A DNA stretch of 64,000 nt from Rhizophagus irregularis (Eukaryota). Made by a program: the position numbers and the translations under genes. Shown one piece after another: positions 63,346 to 64,000 of the stretch; the first letter of the stretch is position 1, and each line of letters starts with the position of its first letter. The stretch lies in contig NC_089434.1 of assembly GCF_026210795.1 (NCBI RefSeq), positions 868,001 to 932,000 of the forward strand. The letters are read 5' to 3'. The notes under the pieces are model-generated. The model searched no databases. It was given only the letters and a program-made list of their open reading frames with translations, and was not told the origin of the DNA.

Positions 63346-64000
63346 ATGTCGGTTGAGCGTGGACAAACGACTTCTTCCTCAACCTCGCAGGATAAAGTAC
63401 CTGGTCAATCCAAATTAAAAACTATTTTAAGGGTCGTATTAATGATACTTCTTGAATTCGCCCTTCCGATTGTTCTTTATTATGTTCTCAGAATTTTTAT
63501 GCAAGAAATATGGGCATTTCTCATATCGGGTGTCCCACCATTTATTATCGCTATATACGGACTTGTGGGTAGAAAGCGTGTGGAAATTATAGGAGTACTC
63601 GTATTAATCTGTCTTATTTTCAGTGCTATAGTATCATTATTTTATGACAATCCAAAGATTCAACTATTACAAAAATTTATGAGTTTGAATCTCCTTCCCT
63701 TTAATATAATAGCAATGATTAGCATAATTCCGATAAAAATTGGTACCTTTAAAATGCGACCATTATTATTCTATATTTGTAAAGATTTGACAACAGGTGG
63801 ATCCTTTGGTTCTTTAAATTCAGAAGTGGTAGATGAAAGTTGGGACAGGAATTGGGTTTCTTACCAATATTTTCGACGTGGTTTTATCTTTATGACAATT
63901 ATCTGGGGATATGGTCTTCTTTCTGAGGTTTTAGTTCGTGCTATGATTATTTACAATCTTACGCCCGTCAGAATGTCACCTGATAAAGCACTTGCTGCGT
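63346..64000 (+). CDS. Multi-pass membrane protein resembling the VC0807 family (runs off the window end)
   Basis: Open frame of 218 codons with no intron: EFALPIVLYYVL..WAFLISGVPP..RKRVEIIGVLVL..DNPKIQLL..RPLLFY..W..YQYFRRGFIFMTIIWGYGLLSEVLVR. Several hydrophobic helices. Confidence 0.8.
   Translation, partial: MSVERGQTTSSSTSQDKVPGQSKLKTILRVVLMILLEFALPIVLYYVLRIFMQEIWAFLISGVPPFIIAIYGLVGRKRVEIIGVLVLICLIFSAIVSLFYDNPKIQLLQKFMSLNLLPFNIIAMISIIPIKIGTFKMRPLLFYICKDLTTGGSFGSLNSEVVDESWDRNWVSYQYFRRGFIFMTIIWGYGLLSEVLVRAMIIYNLTPVRMSPDKALAA

Overview
AT-rich eukaryotic DNA with short GT-AG introns, most likely from an arbuscular mycorrhizal fungus (Glomeromycotina, Rhizophagus-like). This is inferred from the intron style, the tyrosine-kinase-like (TKL) kinase family and the transposon types. 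The main feature (2.1-31.4 kb) is a tandem cluster of ten diverged paralogous two-exon genes that the ORF track splits into fragments. Each encodes an N-terminal Myb/SANT-like (trihelix-type) helical domain, a basic/acidic linker and a modular C-terminal coiled coil. All ten share one phase-2 intron position, and several share upstream motifs and a putative 3'-UTR intron. One orphan gene, several miniature inverted-repeat transposable elements (MITEs), a decayed pogo-type element and tandem repeats are interspersed. 31-40 kb is mostly transposon relics. A multi-exon TKL kinase (-) and a 13-exon aldo-keto reductase (+) are divergent. Between them lies a complete Zator-type DNA transposon (TIRs, TTA TSD, intact 7-exon transposase) carrying a nested 5'-truncated RT+RNase H LINE with a perfect 15-bp TSD. 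The window ends inside a membrane-protein gene, intronless so far, that resembles the bacterial VC0807 family. Exon coordinates were read by eye and family assignments come from motif recognition, not database searches.
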